From: Candidatus Obscuribacterales bacterium
Lineage (GTDB): Bacteria; Cyanobacteriota; Vampirovibrionia; Obscuribacterales; Obscuribacteraceae
DNA: 64,000 bases
Direction: 5' to 3'
NCBI GenBank assembly: GCA_965228855.1
Contig: CBDDIJ010000002.1
Location: forward strand, 768,001 to 832,000
Under the pieces are notes generated by a model, which saw only the letters and a program-made list of their open reading frames with translations, had not been told where the DNA came from and searched no databases. This document shows positions 38,401-46,677 of the stretch, piece by piece. Position 1 is the stretch's first letter, and each line of letters opens with the position of its first letter. Position numbers and translations under genes: made by a program.

Positions 38401-41175
38401 GCGAAGCCGAATGCTCAGGCTGAGCCGGCTGCGCCAGGGTCAGGTATGCTGACGCCGATTATGACTGGCAGACCGGAAAGAGTTCGACCGGGAGCAAACC
38501 GAGAAAGAAATCGTGAAGGTGCTCCCGCTGCAAGTCCAGGACAGCAACAGCCGGGTCAGCAACCCGGTGGTACTGCCGGTAGTGCTCCCCCGTCTGGTCA
38601 GGGCGGCGTGCGCCAACAGCGAGCCGGAAACCGGCCCGGTAGTGATGTCGCAGATCTTTTGGGCGGGCGGATCACTGCACCCGGAAGTGCTGCTCCACCC
38701 GGCGGCAGTGCTCAGCCGATTATACGACCCGCCGGACACAGCGCGAATCTGGCAAGGGGTGCTGCAGGAGACAGTACGATTCAGAACCCGTCGGCACCTG
38801 GACAAAATCAGATGCCTCAGAGTCCCGCCGGTCAGACTACTCCTGGTCAACAGGCCAACCCATTTGTCGGTTTCGATGCGGACCATTCCAGAGTTACTGA
38901 TGAAGCTCGACAGCGGGCGGAAAATGAAACCCGATTGAAAGCTCAGTACGAAGCCCACATCGTAGCTCAACAGCAAGCGGCCGCCCAGGCGGAACTCGAG
39001 GCTCAGAAAAGGGCAGAGCAGGACGCATACCTCAGGATGCGTCATGAGCAGCAAATGCGCGAACAGCAGGAAGCGCTGATACGCGCTCAGCAGGAGGAGT
39101 CGCTCAAACGAGCAATGGAGGAGGCTGCTCGAAAAGAGCAGCATGAGGCGCGGATGAAGGCCGACCATGAGGTCGAGATTCGCAAACAGCAGGAAGCGGA
39201 ACTCCAGGCTCAGCGCGAAGCGGCCATCCTCGCTCAGCAGGAGGCAGAGCAACGAGCTCGTCAGGAGGCGGCACAGCGAGCACAGGAGGAGGCCGCTGCC
39301 AGGGCTCAGCATGATGCCATGCTCCTTTTGATACAGCAGGAAGCGGAGCGGAAAGCGCAAGAGGAAGCTGCTCTGCTTGCCCAACAAGAAGCGGAGGCAC
39401 AGGCAGAGGCGCTTCGTGAAGCCGAGCTTCACGCTCAGCGCCTGGCGGAAGAGCAGGCGCAACGCGAAGCTGCATTGAGAGCGCAGCAGGAGGCAGAGCG
39501 GCTGGTGCGCGAAGAGGCTGCTCGTCAGGCTCAGGCGCAGGAAGCCGCATTGCAAGCCCAGAGGGAGGCTGCCCTGAATGCGCAGCAGCAAGCACAGTTT
39601 AATGCACAGCAGGATGCGGCCCTGCGCGCCCAGCAGCATGCCGCTTTGCAGGCGCAGCAGCAACAGCAGCAACAGCAGCAACAGCAGCAAGCCGAATTTG
39701 GAGCGGTTCAACAATCTGCAATGACGCCACAGCAGCAAGCAGAGTATTACGCTCAGCAAGAGGCTGCGCTGAAAGCTCAGCGCCAAGCCGAGTTCAACGC
39801 CAGGATTGAGGCATCGTTAGCGGCGCAGCAGGAAGCGGAATACAGAGCACAACAGCAGGAAGCTGCTCTGCGAGCCCAGAATCAGCCAGTTCCGCAAGCG
39901 TCTGATCTCGATGCACAAAGAGCTCAACAAGAAGCTGCGGCTCGGGCGCAACAAGAGGCGCTCGCTCGCGTTCAGGAGAAAGCCGCTCAGCGAGCTATGA
40001 TCGATCTGGAACTCAGAATGTCTCAAGAGGCAGCGATGAGAAGTGAGCAGCAGGCTTCGATTCAGAATCCGTCTAGCGCAACTCCGACAAATTCCACTTC
40101 TGACTTGACTAAACTCGTGGACGAACAGTTCAATTTTGCAGGTGTGCCGATCTCGCAAATTCAGCCGCCGGGAAGTGATTCTGAACTAAAGCAAGAGGTA
40201 GAACCAGATCGATCCAAGCAAGAAGAAGAGGTCCGTTCAATCAAAGAAAGTTTGGACGAACTGAGTCCTGCCGAGCGAAGTAAACAGCAAGACGCACTTC
40301 GCAAAAAGGCCCGAGAGAAGCTCTCTAAGGGACGGAAGAAGAAAGGCGGCGAAACTGATGCTGTGCCGTCGGCAGAGCCAATTTTAGAAGTCGCACCAGC
40401 AGCGGTGTCACAAGAACCGGTTGCGGCTCCTGGCGAAGTATTAGCTGAACCAGTTTTAGCCGCTCCATCTCACGAAGTGTCTCCGGAACCGACTCCAGCA
40501 CCTCCGCCGCGTGAGCCTTCTGTGGAGCCAGTGGCCTCAAGTCCTCCTCTCCAACCTTCTCCGGAACCAGTTTCAGAACCTCCGGAAACGCCAGTGCATT
40601 TAATGCCAACGTCTCCACAGCCTGCAATGCCGGCAGGATTGCCGCCGGCTGCCGCTTCGTCAACTGGCTTCGAGCAGTCGAATCCATACTCGAACGCACC
40701 CAATCCGTATGGTCAGACTCCGGATCCATACGGACGATCGTTACCGCAAACACCTGCTCAGCAGTCAGGTTCTCAGCATCCACTCGACTCATTCTCCAGT
40801 TCTCGCGCCCAGCAACCGGGTCCGTATGGGCATCAGGAAGGGCCACCGCCGGCGGTAGCGCCACCAGCGCCGGAGTTTAAATCACCACCTTATACGCCCG
40901 CGCCTGCTCAACCGCTCCTTGAGGCTGCGCCACAAATAACGCCGGTTGTGCCAAACCAGTCGAGCTTGCCTTTTTGTCCTCAATGCTCGAATCCACTGGA
41001 GCCGAATGCGCGATTCTGCGGCGAGTGCGGCCTGCACCTCAGTGTTCAGCCACAAGTGGCGGCTCCAGTTGCCATACCGGCTCCTGCGCCGGTCGGAATC
41101 TCCTGTCCCAGTTGCGCTGAGCCTTTAGAGCCAAATGCCAGATTCTGCGGAGAATGCGGTCACTCACTTGTTTGA
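35491..41175 (+). CDS. Giant UvrD/PcrA-like helicase fusion (DUF559-like nuclease, SF1 helicase, Q/A/E coiled coil, Pro-rich linker, two zinc ribbons)
   Basis: GGAGTGKT, VIVDEYQE, KNWRS, EEERRLCYVAMTRAK; LAIEID...GWKILRF; two CPxC...PNARFCGECG. Confidence 0.85.
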   Translation: MSKTRRPDIRSRRMPPQPTDCRDAMHWFVDNFALYTGSVRGLFVSDFSAEYDAYIESSVINLRARGIEPFLTVGDQIVAQAEALWAMATSGTPFNQPHVTNFELDMLRAEVAIIKDLEAPVTPSQLWYLYHYIIYPRALFNKATVITTSLGLDEFVAYGSECEDFEYAGRKLSWEKLMWLVEATMIDLYQFRQVKTDGHPPMLKAEYNLFNAMNERGLPVTAQQVLGDYMLDMSIADRDNRLAIEIDVLASLDPSVSGSGDAKKNLVLLSDGWKILRFTTAEILGDLTSCVDAVEQVWTAGRKKSAVGRLMSGREQPKIHELPVDDDSQKLAITHGAGPVAVTGGAGTGKTSTVAHRVAYLLAQGVCPERILVFSHSEETVAQLKRKVEVLSDGQTVQRIGFSDWKDLGLRILKENAAAVKRKPPLKLEATPHRVLQRVLKKELKDIDPLQLEMMDAEVDEATIGQLISLYKANLITPERIKERATTDAEDLVAKLFSAYEEALKKSNKVDPDDTISLCAQLLADDPEVRAKYQHKYEFVIVDEYQECTAAADLMARLLAFPQENLFLVGDEDECVTENKGAMPRYLADTSIRMPNARCYILDKNWRSHPAIVDHSRSLAAALGFHGIVKDMFPGYGTAATSAVIGPQQCKSEEAEADWVANEVAILIESGKSLNDIVVLWRNQRYASLLEAALFKKNIKCVSATAGSESVPDEVGDVMAFLRLVMDPDGPKARASFERFCQLKSREMDQKLSRLSNTIASFAEANNLSFLKAIEIYHDATADSSCEDLAQLVRIVRTMNQEGLPPAQTIGLLKRTQKLNEIYAAVTVPPGVVYEPMRKVEQLEEEAKAYGTVREFVKAKQEFLENKDPSIDESCIQVKSFEDSKGCEYPIAFLTGMAEGLCPSDQAVNVEEERRLCYVAMTRAKELLYISYPATYEEKPVPPSPFLVEARLLPINVYRKAVSLIQHELPAKPNAQAEPAAPGSGMLTPIMTGRPERVRPGANRERNREGAPAASPGQQQPGQQPGGTAGSAPPSGQGGVRQQRAGNRPGSDVADLLGGRITAPGSAAPPGGSAQPIIRPAGHSANLARGAAGDSTIQNPSAPGQNQMPQSPAGQTTPGQQANPFVGFDADHSRVTDEARQRAENETRLKAQYEAHIVAQQQAAAQAELEAQKRAEQDAYLRMRHEQQMREQQEALIRAQQEESLKRAMEEAARKEQHEARMKADHEVEIRKQQEAELQAQREAAILAQQEAEQRARQEAAQRAQEEAAARAQHDAMLLLIQQEAERKAQEEAALLAQQEAEAQAEALREAELHAQRLAEEQAQREAALRAQQEAERLVREEAARQAQAQEAALQAQREAALNAQQQAQFNAQQDAALRAQQHAALQAQQQQQQQQQQQQAEFGAVQQSAMTPQQQAEYYAQQEAALKAQRQAEFNARIEASLAAQQEAEYRAQQQEAALRAQNQPVPQASDLDAQRAQQEAAARAQQEALARVQEKAAQRAMIDLELRMSQEAAMRSEQQASIQNPSSATPTNSTSDLTKLVDEQFNFAGVPISQIQPPGSDSELKQEVEPDRSKQEEEVRSIKESLDELSPAERSKQQDALRKKAREKLSKGRKKKGGETDAVPSAEPILEVAPAAVSQEPVAAPGEVLAEPVLAAPSHEVSPEPTPAPPPREPSVEPVASSPPLQPSPEPVSEPPETPVHLMPTSPQPAMPAGLPPAAASSTGFEQSNPYSNAPNPYGQTPDPYGRSLPQTPAQQSGSQHPLDSFSSSRAQQPGPYGHQEGPPPAVAPPAPEFKSPPYTPAPAQPLLEAAPQITPVVPNQSSLPFCPQCSNPLEPNARFCGECGLHLSVQPQVAAPVAIPAPAPVGISCPSCAEPLEPNARFCGECGHSLV

Positions 41176-41801
41176 GCTTGCGAACTGAGCCGGACTCTCG
41201 GCTGTGCTAACAGTTCTTCGACCTGTCTTGCGGTTTCCTCAAGAGTTCCGGAATTATCGATACTGTAGTCTGCACGAGAGACTTTCTGTTCCTGGGGAAG
41301 CTGGGCTGCGAGTCGGCGGTCGACATCTTGCATTGATAATTGATCTCGTTGCTGAATTCTCTTCTTCAATATCTCTGCATCGGCGTAGATGGCCCAGATT
41401 TCGTCGTACTGTTTTTCGAGATTAGCTTCGAACAAAAGGGGTACCAGAACTGCTACGACATCGCTCTGTTCGCTCGCTTTTGCAATTTGTCGGCGGCACT
41501 CAGCGATTGTCGCAGGATGCACGATTGCTTCTAAAGCCTTGCGGGCGCCGGCATCTTTAAAAACAATCTGACCCAGTGCCGGTCTGTCCACCTTCTCTAT
41601 TCCATTGTGTGAAACTATCACAGAATCACCAAAACGGTTGCGAATAGCCGATCTCAGATCGACGCTGTCTTCGAACAGTTCATGAACTACTGCGTCAGAA
41701 TCAATCACTGGAATTCCCATACGTTCAAGAACGTGTCCGACGGCGGATTTGCCAGAACCTATCGTTCCTGTGATACCAATGACGTAAGGTGATTTGCTCA
41801 C
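41160..41801 (-). CDS. coaE: Dephospho-CoA kinase
   Basis: IGITGTIGSGKS, DRPALGQIVF, LEAIVHP, VPLLFE. Confidence 0.96.
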   Translation of the reverse strand: MSKSPYVIGITGTIGSGKSAVGHVLERMGIPVIDSDAVVHELFEDSVDLRSAIRNRFGDSVIVSHNGIEKVDRPALGQIVFKDAGARKALEAIVHPATIAECRRQIAKASEQSDVVAVLVPLLFEANLEKQYDEIWAIYADAEILKKRIQQRDQLSMQDVDRRLAAQLPQEQKVSRADYSIDNSGTLEETARQVEELLAQPRVRLSSQAQTSE

Positions 41802-42766
41802 AGAAGTCTGTTGCCTGTTGCCTTGAGTTGCAAACGTTGCACGAAGTCATTTACCGATGGAGCATAAACCGCGGGACGCTTGGCCTGAGTCTTTATGCGA
41901 ATCTCCGTGGACCCAGCATCCAGCGGGCTTGCCACCAAAATTAAGAATGCCGCCGCATCGTCCGGGTCCCCTTGCTTGGGAATTTTGAGGAGAATGTGTC
42001 CTGCCGGAACTGAGTCTGAGATGACGTTCCATCCTGAGACCTGTGCTTCCTGCAAAATGGAGTTATAAACTGTTCTGAAGTCTGCACTTAACGTAGCAAT
42101 GATTAAGCCACCTCCGGCTGGTTGGTTTCGAATGGCTTCAGCTGTAGCTCTCCAGGCAACCGGAGGTTTGTATTCAGAAGCCTGAGCCTGTTTTGTACTC
42201 GGAAGAAAAGTGCTGGGTGGTGGTGCCGATGGTGCCGGTGAGTAAATCTTAGGAAGTATGGAACCGGGCGTTGACAGCGGGAGTCGTACGGAATAGGTTT
42301 GTTGATCGGAGGCAGCAGGAGTAGAAGGCGAAGTCGATAAAGGAAGTATTGAATTCAAGGGTGCAGCAGTAGTATTCGAGCTGCTGTCTGTTTGAATTAT
42401 TCTTTCTAGCGTCGGTGTGTTCGCTGGGTTGTTGACCGGCTCTTGTATGTCTTGGTTCGAAGTGGTGGGCTGTTTGACCGGTTCGGTTGTCGTGATTGAC
42501 GGCGCTGTCATCAGTCGGTTAGCGGGTGGACGTTCTTCGGAAGATGTATTTGACGATGAGCGCAAAGGCGAGAACGGACTCTTCGGTATATAGGGAAAAA
42601 ATTTCCGGCGTGGTACCGCAGGCGGTGCGGTCGGTGGTGAGGTCGCGGTCTCATCTGCTGCCGCATAACGTGTCTCGTTCGAGGCAGTAGCGGGTGCTGC
42701 TGCCGCAAGTGCGATTATGATGGCCGCAAATGGGAGAACTAATTTCGTTGAGTTGGTCCAAAACAT
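41798..42766 (-). CDS. Secreted Pro/Ser/Thr-rich hypothetical protein with C-terminal alpha/beta domain
   Basis: Signal peptide; overlaps the coaE start by 4 nt. Confidence 0.7.
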   Translation of the reverse strand: MFWTNSTKLVLPFAAIIIALAAAAPATASNETRYAAADETATSPPTAPPAVPRRKFFPYIPKSPFSPLRSSSNTSSEERPPANRLMTAPSITTTEPVKQPTTSNQDIQEPVNNPANTPTLERIIQTDSSSNTTAAPLNSILPLSTSPSTPAASDQQTYSVRLPLSTPGSILPKIYSPAPSAPPPSTFLPSTKQAQASEYKPPVAWRATAEAIRNQPAGGGLIIATLSADFRTVYNSILQEAQVSGWNVISDSVPAGHILLKIPKQGDPDDAAAFLILVASPLDAGSTEIRIKTQAKRPAVYAPSVNDFVQRLQLKATGNRLL

Positions 42767-42999
42767 CAGTGGCGATCACACCCTTGTCACTTCCGAGTAT
42801 TAGTCTAGCTCTTATACGACCGCAGCGTTCAGTGTTGTCTAAATTAAATATAGGTCAAACGGGGAACAATACACTCGGGAGGTCGTCAGTTTCTGAACTT
42901 CAGTACGTGAGTATGACCAGCGTCTCCAACAATATCAACGGAAGGCGCTTGAAAAAACAGGGTACATCCGGGAACTTCCTTGCACGAACGGGTGTTCAC

Positions 43000-44181
43000 A
43001 TGAGACTACATAAGACCGCAGTTTTGATTGCAATTGCTGTATCTGTGCCACTATCGGCGCATGGTCAAGAATCTGTCGCGAAAGAAACAGCCCAGCGCTA
43101 TGTCGAGGAGGGTCGAACGGAGCTTCTTGCGGGTCATACTATGGCTGCTGAGGTGGCGTTTCGACGAGCGATCAGAAAGGACCCCGAAGATCCTTTCGCG
43201 CACTATCTTCTCGCTAATTTGTTAGTAAGAACCGGAAAACATGACGAGGCGCGCCGGTTATATTTGCGGACTCTCGAATTAGATCCGGGAACTTCGTTAA
43301 CCGCCTACAGTACGCAGGCGCTCAAGGCTTACGGAAGACCGAGGTTGAAGTCTCAACCTCGCGTTTCCATGCCTTCGATTTCATCTGTATCACCTGGCGA
43401 TCCGTTGTCTCCGCCACCGACTATACCGCCTATTCCGGACATTCCATATCCGGTCGCGTCACCGCCAATGGTTTCGAGACCGGCTTATACAGGGGCTCGC
43501 GCTGTCCGGTCGCAGGGAAATTCGATAAGAGAATATTCAGAGGGCAATCAGCCAGGTGGTGTTACGGTATCGGGTCGCGTGAGTGCATATGGCTCGCCTG
43601 GATCGTCAACGTCCTCGGTTCCGTTGCAACCGGCTCAACCTGCGGCTTTGCCGGCAGTGACTGCTCGACCTGGCAGCGAAGAAGTCAACGGTGCGCTTTC
43701 AAAAATCGACGAAGGTGCCACATTCGAGAAGAATCGCAAACAGAATTATGCCTCCAACCTAGGACGCATGACCTTGAAGGGTGGAGATTGGAAAGCCAAT
43801 GACATAAAGGCGGTAGCGGAACAGGAAATAGCTATTTTTCATTCAGGGAAGAACGAACAATCCGCGCGCGATTATTTACGCAGACAAGCCGAAGCGCGTG
43901 CTAAGGCTGAGCAGGAGATGGCGAAGGAACGGTACGTTGCCCATCAGGAGTGGGCGGACAATAAACAGAAAGAGATCGACGAGGCCGCCAACAATCTGAA
44001 GGATCAGCTGACAAAGAAATCATCGCCTTACGGGGTGGATCTCGTACCCAATGGAACTTCGCTCTACGTGCGGAATTACAAGGCATCTTCGAACAAGAAA
44101 AAACTGGTTGACCCGCACTTCAGCGTAGTGAGGTTTGTTGATCGTGGCATGGAAGACGATGTTTCTACACCGAAGCAGTAA
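43000..44181 (+). CDS. Secreted TPR protein
   Basis: Signal peptide from ATG 43000; TPR (AIRKDPEDPFAHYLLANLL). Confidence 0.8.
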   Translation: MRLHKTAVLIAIAVSVPLSAHGQESVAKETAQRYVEEGRTELLAGHTMAAEVAFRRAIRKDPEDPFAHYLLANLLVRTGKHDEARRLYLRTLELDPGTSLTAYSTQALKAYGRPRLKSQPRVSMPSISSVSPGDPLSPPPTIPPIPDIPYPVASPPMVSRPAYTGARAVRSQGNSIREYSEGNQPGGVTVSGRVSAYGSPGSSTSSVPLQPAQPAALPAVTARPGSEEVNGALSKIDEGATFEKNRKQNYASNLGRMTLKGGDWKANDIKAVAEQEIAIFHSGKNEQSARDYLRRQAEARAKAEQEMAKERYVAHQEWADNKQKEIDEAANNLKDQLTKKSSPYGVDLVPNGTSLYVRNYKASSNKKKLVDPHFSVVRFVDRGMEDDVSTPKQ

Positions 44182-44284
44182 TTCTTCCTGAACCGGTTTG
44201 TGGCGAACTGCCGGTTGTGTCCCGGGCTTGCCGAGCATAGAATATAAGTAGGAGCCGGAAGGCGGAGTTGGATGTCGAGGCGAG

Positions 44285-45499
44285 TTGCCCATGCGTTATG
44301 TGATACTTCCAGTTTGCATTTCGCTTGGAGCGAATTCAGCATTTGCTCTGTCGTCGCATCCGGATGTGCTACTCTACCCTGCGACCGCTCCGTCAGGGCA
44401 AATTCAAGAGCGTAAGACGTTTTCGCCTGGTGCGTCTGGCGCAAGCTATGCCGCAAGTGGATTGGCTTTTCAGAAATCGAAGCAGTACAAACTTTCCGAA
44501 CACCATTTGAAATTGGCAGTAAAGGCCGAACCTACTAATAGCCTTTATTACTACTATTTAGCGAACGTCTACGTTCATCTGAAGCTACATGAAAAGGCCA
44601 TCGAGTGCTACAGGCGTTCTTACGAGTTGAATCCTTTCAGCACGGTATCGGGATTTTGCCGGCAAGCTCTTTTGACCTACAACGTAGCCGTTCCTGTCGT
44701 TGAAAGGCCGCTGCAAAAGCCAAAGATGCTTCCGTCATACAAAGAAGGTTCGCCACAAAACAAACCGTGGAAAAGCAAAGTTGCGCCGAAGGCACCAATT
44801 GCCGATGAAGATACCAACTCGGTAGGCGAGGATGAATCGGGCTCTCGAGAAATTTCAGCTAAAGATCATCACGTCAATAACGCCAGCGCAATGATACGGC
44901 GCCAGGCTGCCGATGAAAAAGCGAGGAAGAAACAGTACGCGGATCATCTGGCCACTAATGTAATTTCGACTGGTGCTGCTAAGGCCAACAAAATTAGAGC
45001 CGACGCAGAAGAGCAAATCAAGGAGTTGTACGAAGGACCAGTTCTCTACGATACGCAGGGAAATCCTCGCGGCAGAGGAGCTCCCGCCTGGCAATTGAAC
45101 CCGGTTTTGCAAGATCATTTGAAAGAGCGAGCCGATCAAATCCGCAGAGAGGCAGAGGCAAGAGCACAACTGGAGCTGTCGGTTTCCAACGACAAGTCCA
45201 GTCAATATCAGAAATGGTATTCTGCGCGAGAAGAAGATATCGATTACGTCAGTGACAGTTTAGAGTCACAGATGAAGTCATCGACTTCGACCTCGCGGTC
45301 AGGGGTGCTGCTGAACCCGGTAGGCACTGGACTGTACGTTCGCAACTACTCAACTTTTAAACCGAAGCATCCAATTCCCGACGCGCATTCCAGTGTTGTG
45401 CGGATGATCGATCGTGGTTTCGTCGACCAAGAACCGAGTCCCGAACTCAAGGAGCCGCGTTTGCAAGATCGTGGCGCGGGTAAGTCTGAGAGTAAATAG
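44285..45499 (+). CDS. Secreted TPR protein, paralog of the upstream gene
   Basis: TPR (AVKAEPTNSLYYYYLANVY); shared C-terminal GVxLxPxGTxLYVRNY motif. Confidence 0.8.
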   Translation: MPMRYVILPVCISLGANSAFALSSHPDVLLYPATAPSGQIQERKTFSPGASGASYAASGLAFQKSKQYKLSEHHLKLAVKAEPTNSLYYYYLANVYVHLKLHEKAIECYRRSYELNPFSTVSGFCRQALLTYNVAVPVVERPLQKPKMLPSYKEGSPQNKPWKSKVAPKAPIADEDTNSVGEDESGSREISAKDHHVNNASAMIRRQAADEKARKKQYADHLATNVISTGAAKANKIRADAEEQIKELYEGPVLYDTQGNPRGRGAPAWQLNPVLQDHLKERADQIRREAEARAQLELSVSNDKSSQYQKWYSAREEDIDYVSDSLESQMKSSTSTSRSGVLLNPVGTGLYVRNYSTFKPKHPIPDAHSSVVRMIDRGFVDQEPSPELKEPRLQDRGAGKSESK

Positions 45500-45910
45500 C
45501 CATTTCTCGCTCTTGACAGAGACCGGTTTTCGTGTTTAGCACATGCACCGCAGATGGTGCCAAAAAAATTGCGTTTAGCGAAAAAATTTACACTGCTGCA
45601 AAAGGCAGAAAATCATTTGACAGTCGCATCGCGGTTTTTTATGATCGAACTAGTCTCGGTTGAGGACAGAGCATTAAAGTTTTGTCCGATTGTATCGAGT
45701 ATATGGGGTTCCGGCTCGAAACACAGACGTATACTTATGACCCTCTTCGCGGCACTTTTGTGCGACTGCTGATAGAGCGAAAGCTAATGAGTAGGCGATG
45801 AGGAGTAGGAAACGGGAATGTGTCAGGAGGTTCCCCACCTGGGATTTTCCGGGTCAAAACTCGCTTAACCGGTCCTTGGCTGAGACCTTACTATTAATAG
45901 AGAATAGGGC

Positions 45911-46489
45911 ATGTCCCTCGAGAAGCAAACTGGCGACAACAGCGTGGTGGAGTTCACACTCGCCGACGTAGGCGCTACGCGGGAGCTCGGGCGGATTCTG
46001 GCGGAATCGTTGGAGAGTGGCGCCGTGATCGCGCTGACAGGAAATCTTGGTGCTGGAAAGACGACCCTGGTGCAAGCTCTCGGAAAGGCGCTTGGTATCA
46101 GTGAAGTCATAAGCAGTCCTACGTTCACAATGATGAACGAATATCATTCCGGTCGTCTTCCCCTTTTTCACTTCGACTTCTATAGAGTGATGGAAATGGC
46201 TGAGCGACAGGAGCAAGACCTTTCGCTCGATCTGGTGGCCAGTGAGTTCGATGAGATCAGCGAGTCTGGTCGAGCACTAATGATGATTGAGTGGCCGGAA
46301 TACTTCCGCGTTGAGGGGGCAAACTATCTCGAATCCGTGGACAGGTTGAACGTAACCCTGACTGCGAGCGCTTCTCCGGATGGATTAGAAGACTGCCGAA
46401 ATGTCGTGATGTCTGCCACTGGTGCGGTTTCAGCCGCTTTGATCGATCGACTGAAGAGTCGGGTTGGTGATTTCAGGCAACCACAATAA
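45911..46489 (+). CDS. tsaE: tRNA threonylcarbamoyladenosine biosynthesis ATPase
   Basis: GNLGAGKTT, SSPTF, HFDFYR, IEW. Confidence 0.96.
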   Translation: MSLEKQTGDNSVVEFTLADVGATRELGRILAESLESGAVIALTGNLGAGKTTLVQALGKALGISEVISSPTFTMMNEYHSGRLPLFHFDFYRVMEMAERQEQDLSLDLVASEFDEISESGRALMMIEWPEYFRVEGANYLESVDRLNVTLTASASPDGLEDCRNVVMSATGAVSAALIDRLKSRVGDFRQPQ

Positions 46490-46677
46490 ATGAAATAGAT
46501 CATTCTATATATGTAACGAAGTCCCGCAAAAAGATTTCTTCTCTGGTAAAACCATAGCTGTACGTTGGGTTTACTCCGATCGGTTCGGAACATTAACCGG
46601 AGGAGTTCATCTTTTCAATCTGGTGTGCCGTGATATACTCAACCCCCACTGACACACCTTGACAAAATATCAGGTAG

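Noticed and set aside
38440..39786. Leu-rich 448-aa antisense ORF
   Set aside because: Reverse complement of the CAG/GAG-rich coiled-coil region.
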